Shown here: in pieces, positions 34,662 through 38,884 of the stretch
Layout of the letters: every line of letters starts with the position of its first letter
Position numbering within the stretch: position 1 is the stretch's first letter
NCBI GenBank assembly: GCA_032718475.1
Contig: JAUCBJ010000972.1
Location: 1-38,884 of the forward strand
Source of the DNA: Nemertoderma westbladi
Taxonomy: Eukaryota > Animalia > Xenacoelomorpha
Reading direction: 5' to 3'
Length of the DNA stretch: 38,884 bases
The notes under the pieces: model-generated
Databases searched by the model: none
What the model saw: only the letters and a program-made list of their open reading frames with translations
What the model was told of the DNA's origin: nothing
Made by a program: the position numbers and the translations under genes

Positions 34662-35625
34662 TGGCATACATATGGTATTTTTATTCTTGATTAATTATGT
34701 CGGTCTTGAATTTATTTACATCGGCCTTGAACTTATTTATGTCCATCTTGATTTATTAATGCCGATTTTGAATATATTTATGCCGCACTTGATTTAATTA
34801 TCTCACCCTTGAATTATTATTGCCGCTCTTGATTTACTTATTCCGCACTTGATTTGATTATGTTGCTCTTGAATTATTATTGTCGCACTTGATTTATTTA
34901 CGGCGCTCTTGAATTATTTATATCGGTCTTGATTCCCATTTACTTGGTCTTGATTCATTGGTCGAAGGAATTTCTACCATTATAATCAACCAATCAAAAT
35001 CAGCTACACAGTAGTGCAGTGAGAATACACTACACTAATGTATGCAGTGCATGGTACCGGTAACGATTTGAATTAATCATCTGAGTACAAAGGACTATGC
35101 TAACCAGTACTGCTAGCCCATTCTGCCAATGTAAACACAAGTCACAAACGGCTCAACAATGGTACCTAATACTAATGACTGGTTAGCATAGTCCTTTGTA
35201 CTCAGGTGATTAATTCAAATCGTTACGGGTACCATGCACTGCATACATTAGTGTAGTGTACACTCACTGCACTACTGTGTAGCTGATTCTGATTGGTTGA
35301 TTATAATGGTAGAAATTCCTTCGACCAATGAATCAAGACCAAGTAAATGGGAATCAAGACCGATATAAATAATTCAAGAGCGCCGTAAATAAATCAAGTG
35401 CGACAATAATAATTCAAGGGCGACAATAATAATTCAAGGGCGACATAATCAAATCAAGTGCGGAATAAGTAAATCAAGAGCGGCAATAATAATTCAAGGG
35501 TGAGATAATTAAATCAAGACCGACATATAAATAAATCAAGAGGGACATAAATAAGTTCAAGACCGATGTAAATAAATTCAAGACCGACATAATTAATCAA
35601 GAATAAAAATACCATATGTATGCCA
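34662..35625. mobile_element. Foldback/MITE element, 964 bp, about 450-bp TIRs with roughly 20-bp subrepeats, TA duplication
   Basis: TGGCATACATATGG...CCATATGTATGCCA. Arms 34662-35108 and 35178-35625, TA at 34660-34661 and 35626-35627. The empty site caggTAtactgg is present near 32758-32769. Confidence 0.92.
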
Positions 35626-35777
35626 TATACTGGTACCTATACCTGTACAGCTGTATACGCTATACACATCCTTTCAGTACAAACCAGCTGACCACCAGGT
35701 ACACTCCCAGTTGCTAAGCGATTAGGCCTATGTATGTATGGATGTGTTTTATTGAAATGTGTTATATTAAAAACAAG

Positions 35778-37810
35778 TTATTATTATTATTATTATTGCA
35801 CCTCTATACATAATTAATTAATTTAAATAAGAAACCAGTATATAGAGGGAGAACATCACCCAGGTACAAAGGACACTAATGGGTGAAATAAAATATTACA
35901 ATATAAATTCCGCTCCTTTAAGTGAAATCAAATTATACGTACTGTACTATACGGAAAAAACACATACTGATAAGAATTGGTGCATTAAAATTAATATATA
36001 TATATATAAATAATAAAAAATTATGTTTTATATTATTATTAGTCTAAAAATCTGTTAAAATGACTGTACGGAAGTAGATCAATCTGTAAAATTCTAGATT
36101 TAAAAATATTATAGCTGGACGCATTTACTAACTCAGACGGCAATGAATTCCAAATATCTACTATGCGGTGAGAAAAAGAAAGTTTCACCACTTTTAGACG
36201 GGCTTGAGGCTTAAAAATGTTCATATTATGCCCTCTTGAAGATTGACGCGTATTGAGGGTAAAAAAGTTATCAATTGGTAGGTCAACACGCCTATGTAAA
36301 ATAGAGCACACCATTTTTAAATCAGTAAGTAACCTACAGTACGTACGTCTAGTGGTTGCAATTTCAACTGTAATAAGCGATTCATATAGTCTACATATTT
36401 TAAATTGCACCTAGAAAAGAGTCTACGTGTGAAGTATCGCTGTACTCGCTCGATTAAATCTATAATGCCTACATGGAAAGGAGATGTTATAACCGTACAG
36501 TATTCTAGAATTGGCCTAACATAAGTTTTATACGCAGTGAGAATGGCTTTTGAGTTACTTGTCTTAAAACATCTGAAAATCATATTGATAATTTTAAAAG
36601 CTTTTGCAACTTTCTCCTTACAATGAAGGTCAAAAATTAGATTGGCACATACGGTTACCCCTAAATCTTTACAAAAAGTCTCACAATCCAATTCCCTACC
36701 ATCTAAAATATACTGTAAATTAGAGCTTCTCGTTGTAGAAATATTTAACACTGAACATTTATGTGGTGCTATTTTCACTTGCCATTGTCTCGCCCAATTA
36801 TCGAGTAAAATAAGAGAATTGGATAAAGGTGCACTATTAGTAGTTTTGGCATATATTTTTTAGATCGTTTGCAAAAAGTTTGCACGTGACCCCTGGGGCT
36901 TTTACTAAGTCGGATAACTCGTTGACGAATCATAAAAATAAGAGAGGACCTAGCACACTACCTTGTACTGTTCCAGAAGTAACTTTACATTCTACAGAAT
37001 ATGAATTTCCTACTATTACTTGTTGTATACGATTGTTAAAGCACCAATCCAATTAAGCAAATTACCAGTGATACCATAACTATTCAATTTACACAAAGTT
37101 TATTGTGGACTACAGAGTCAAATGCTTTAGCAAAATCGACGTAAATTACGTCCACCTGACTTCGGTTATCTAAGCATTTATACGATTCATTTGTACATTC
37201 TAAAAGTTGGGTTACTGTACTTCTTCCTTCCATAAAACCGTGCTGAGCTTTACTGATTAATTTATGTTCCTTCAAATACGCTAAAAGTTATTTTTTTATA
37301 CACGTTTCCATAATTTTACAACCCACACAAGTTAACGAGACTGGCCTATAATTGTACGGGTCTGTGTGATCATTCTTTTTATAAATAGGGATAATAAAAG
37401 CTTTAAGCCATACTGTAGGTAGTGCATTTGAAGTAAAATATATATTAAAAACAGTAGAAAGGGGCACGGATAAAAAACTAAAATTTACCAATAAAATACT
37501 CGGCATTCCATCAGGAGTGCGTCCGGTTTTAGGTTTAATTTTACGAAGGACTGAATATACTGCACCAGGAGAAAAATTAACAGATGATTTATTTACACCG
37601 GTTGGAACTCTACTGTGAAAAATAGGAACCGAATTATTATCAACAGTAAAATTTTCAGTAAATACATTGGATAAAATATGAGATCTAGTTGCATCATCGA
37701 CAATTACTTTGCCGTCTATTTTGAATGCTGATATACCCGATTTCGTTGATCGTTTAGAATTTACATACTTAAAAATTGCATCGGGTTTGCCTGAGCTTAG
37801 AATATTGCCA
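35778..37810 (-). mobile_element. Degenerate CR1-clade LINE (RT and 3' end)
   Basis: TPDGMP, NYRPVSLT, QHGFMEGRST, VDVIYVDFAKAFDSV, SGTVQGSVLGPLLF, LFAND (YADD position), KDLGV, YVRPILEY, IERVQRYFTR, RGHN..IFK, WNSLP; (AAT)n tail. Confidence 0.92.
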
Positions 37811-37829
37811 GATAATAGATATTAATAAG

Positions 37830-38620
37830 GAATATTGCCATGAGCTGCAAGAAAAACCCTAAAAAGTTTTGGTCGTATGTAAATAAAAACCGAAAATCGA
37901 AATCACACATAGGACCTCTTAAAGATGCTAGTAACAAGAAGGTAGATTCCGACCAGGGTATGGCTGATTTACTTAATGACACATTTGCAAGTTACTTCAC
38001 TAAGGACAATAATCCTACAGCCGCACCTCCACCCTTTCCTAACCTAGATTGCCCTATAATTGACTCTCTTGACATTACAAGTGAAAACGTCTTGAAAACC
38101 CTCAGTGAACAAAACCCGTACAAATCACCAGGCCCTGACCAAATATCAGCCATGGTGGTTCATGAACTAGCAAGTGTTATCGCAGCCCCTGTCCAAATAA
38201 TCCTTCAAAGTTCATTCGACACTGGAATTATACCTGAAGACTGGTTGACTGCAGATATAACTCCTATTCCGAAAAAACCACCGAAACATAATCGAAACAA
38301 TTACCGCCCCATTTCCCTGACATGCATCATAGCAAAATGCTGTGAGAAGCTCGTCCGTTCACCACTGCAAAATCATTTTGAACTGAACAACTTGTTTGAC
38401 TGCTCACAATACGGGGGACGCCATGGGAGGTCAACAGTCCAGCAACTATTACATTTCTTAGATAACATAAGTAACGCCTTGGATGACCCTAATGTAGAAG
38501 GCTGTGATGTCATATATTTGGACTTGAAACGGGCATATGACTCTGTTTCCATTCGTTTACTATTACACAAACTGTACGCATATGGTGTACGAGGAAAACT
38601 GTTACGGTGGATAAAAAACC
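37830..38620 (+). mobile_element. CR1-clade LINE ORF2 fragment (pre-RT region and RT N-terminal motifs), a different family
   Basis: NPKKFWSYV, KSPGPDQI, NYRPISLTC, DVIYLDLKRAYDSV, KLYAYGVRGKLLRWI. Homology ends near 38620. Confidence 0.9.
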
Positions 38621-38884
38621 TTATTTTCTCGAACGCAAGCCGCGCGAAAATCTACCCGAGAGGCTGCTTTAGCACATTTATTATACTCGTGTCTGCCACT
38701 TTCAGTGCGTCTGCGGCGCCACAGTTGCTTTTTCTTTTTCTGTAAGGCTCTAACATACTCAGGATACAATTTTCAGGATACAGTTGTACAAGAATTAAAA
38801 ACGTTCGCCCAGTTCTGACTATCTAAAAAAGCACCAAAGTTATCGTAATCACCATGTTTAAAATCATAGTATGAAACATTGCCT

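Larger units (their letters stand above)
31666..36433. repeat. Tandem segmental duplication (31666-33552 and 33555-36433) of the Ku80 5' part, its upstream region and a CR1 3' end
   Basis: Near-identical sequence. The junction ...ctacgtgtgaa-cg-cgatatccc... fuses CR1 sequence to Ku80 coding sequence. Confidence 0.93.

Overview
AT-rich eukaryotic DNA, most likely from a metazoan invertebrate, dominated by decayed transposable elements. From left to right: (1) the 3' LTR of a BEL/Pao-type element interrupting a class A GPCR gene in TM2; (2) a 9.8-kb tandem BEL/Pao LTR retrotransposon (1897-11716, GTGGC target-site duplication) with three LTRs, a recombinant central LTR, an inverted gag duplication and an RTE-like fragment nested in two LTRs; (3) a 326-bp palindrome with a minimal type I hammerhead ribozyme motif in each arm, as in Penelope-like elements; (4) two uninterrupted paralogous orphan ORFs (462 and 477 aa) that appear to be built from three repeats of a PH-like fold; (5) an 80 x 36-bp tandem array amplified from the C-terminal coding sequence of a LINE, which is not CRISPR; (6) several MITEs, foldback elements and tRNA-derived SINEs; (7) a complete intronless Ku80 (XRCC5) gene plus a recent tandem duplication that made a truncated 316-aa copy, with a 964-bp foldback element inserted upstream of it; (8) two head-to-head CR1-type LINE remnants. 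The best candidates for novelty are the orphan gene pair, the double-hammerhead palindrome, the truncated Ku80 duplicate and the LINE-derived in-frame satellite. All alignments and family assignments were made by eye, with no database search.
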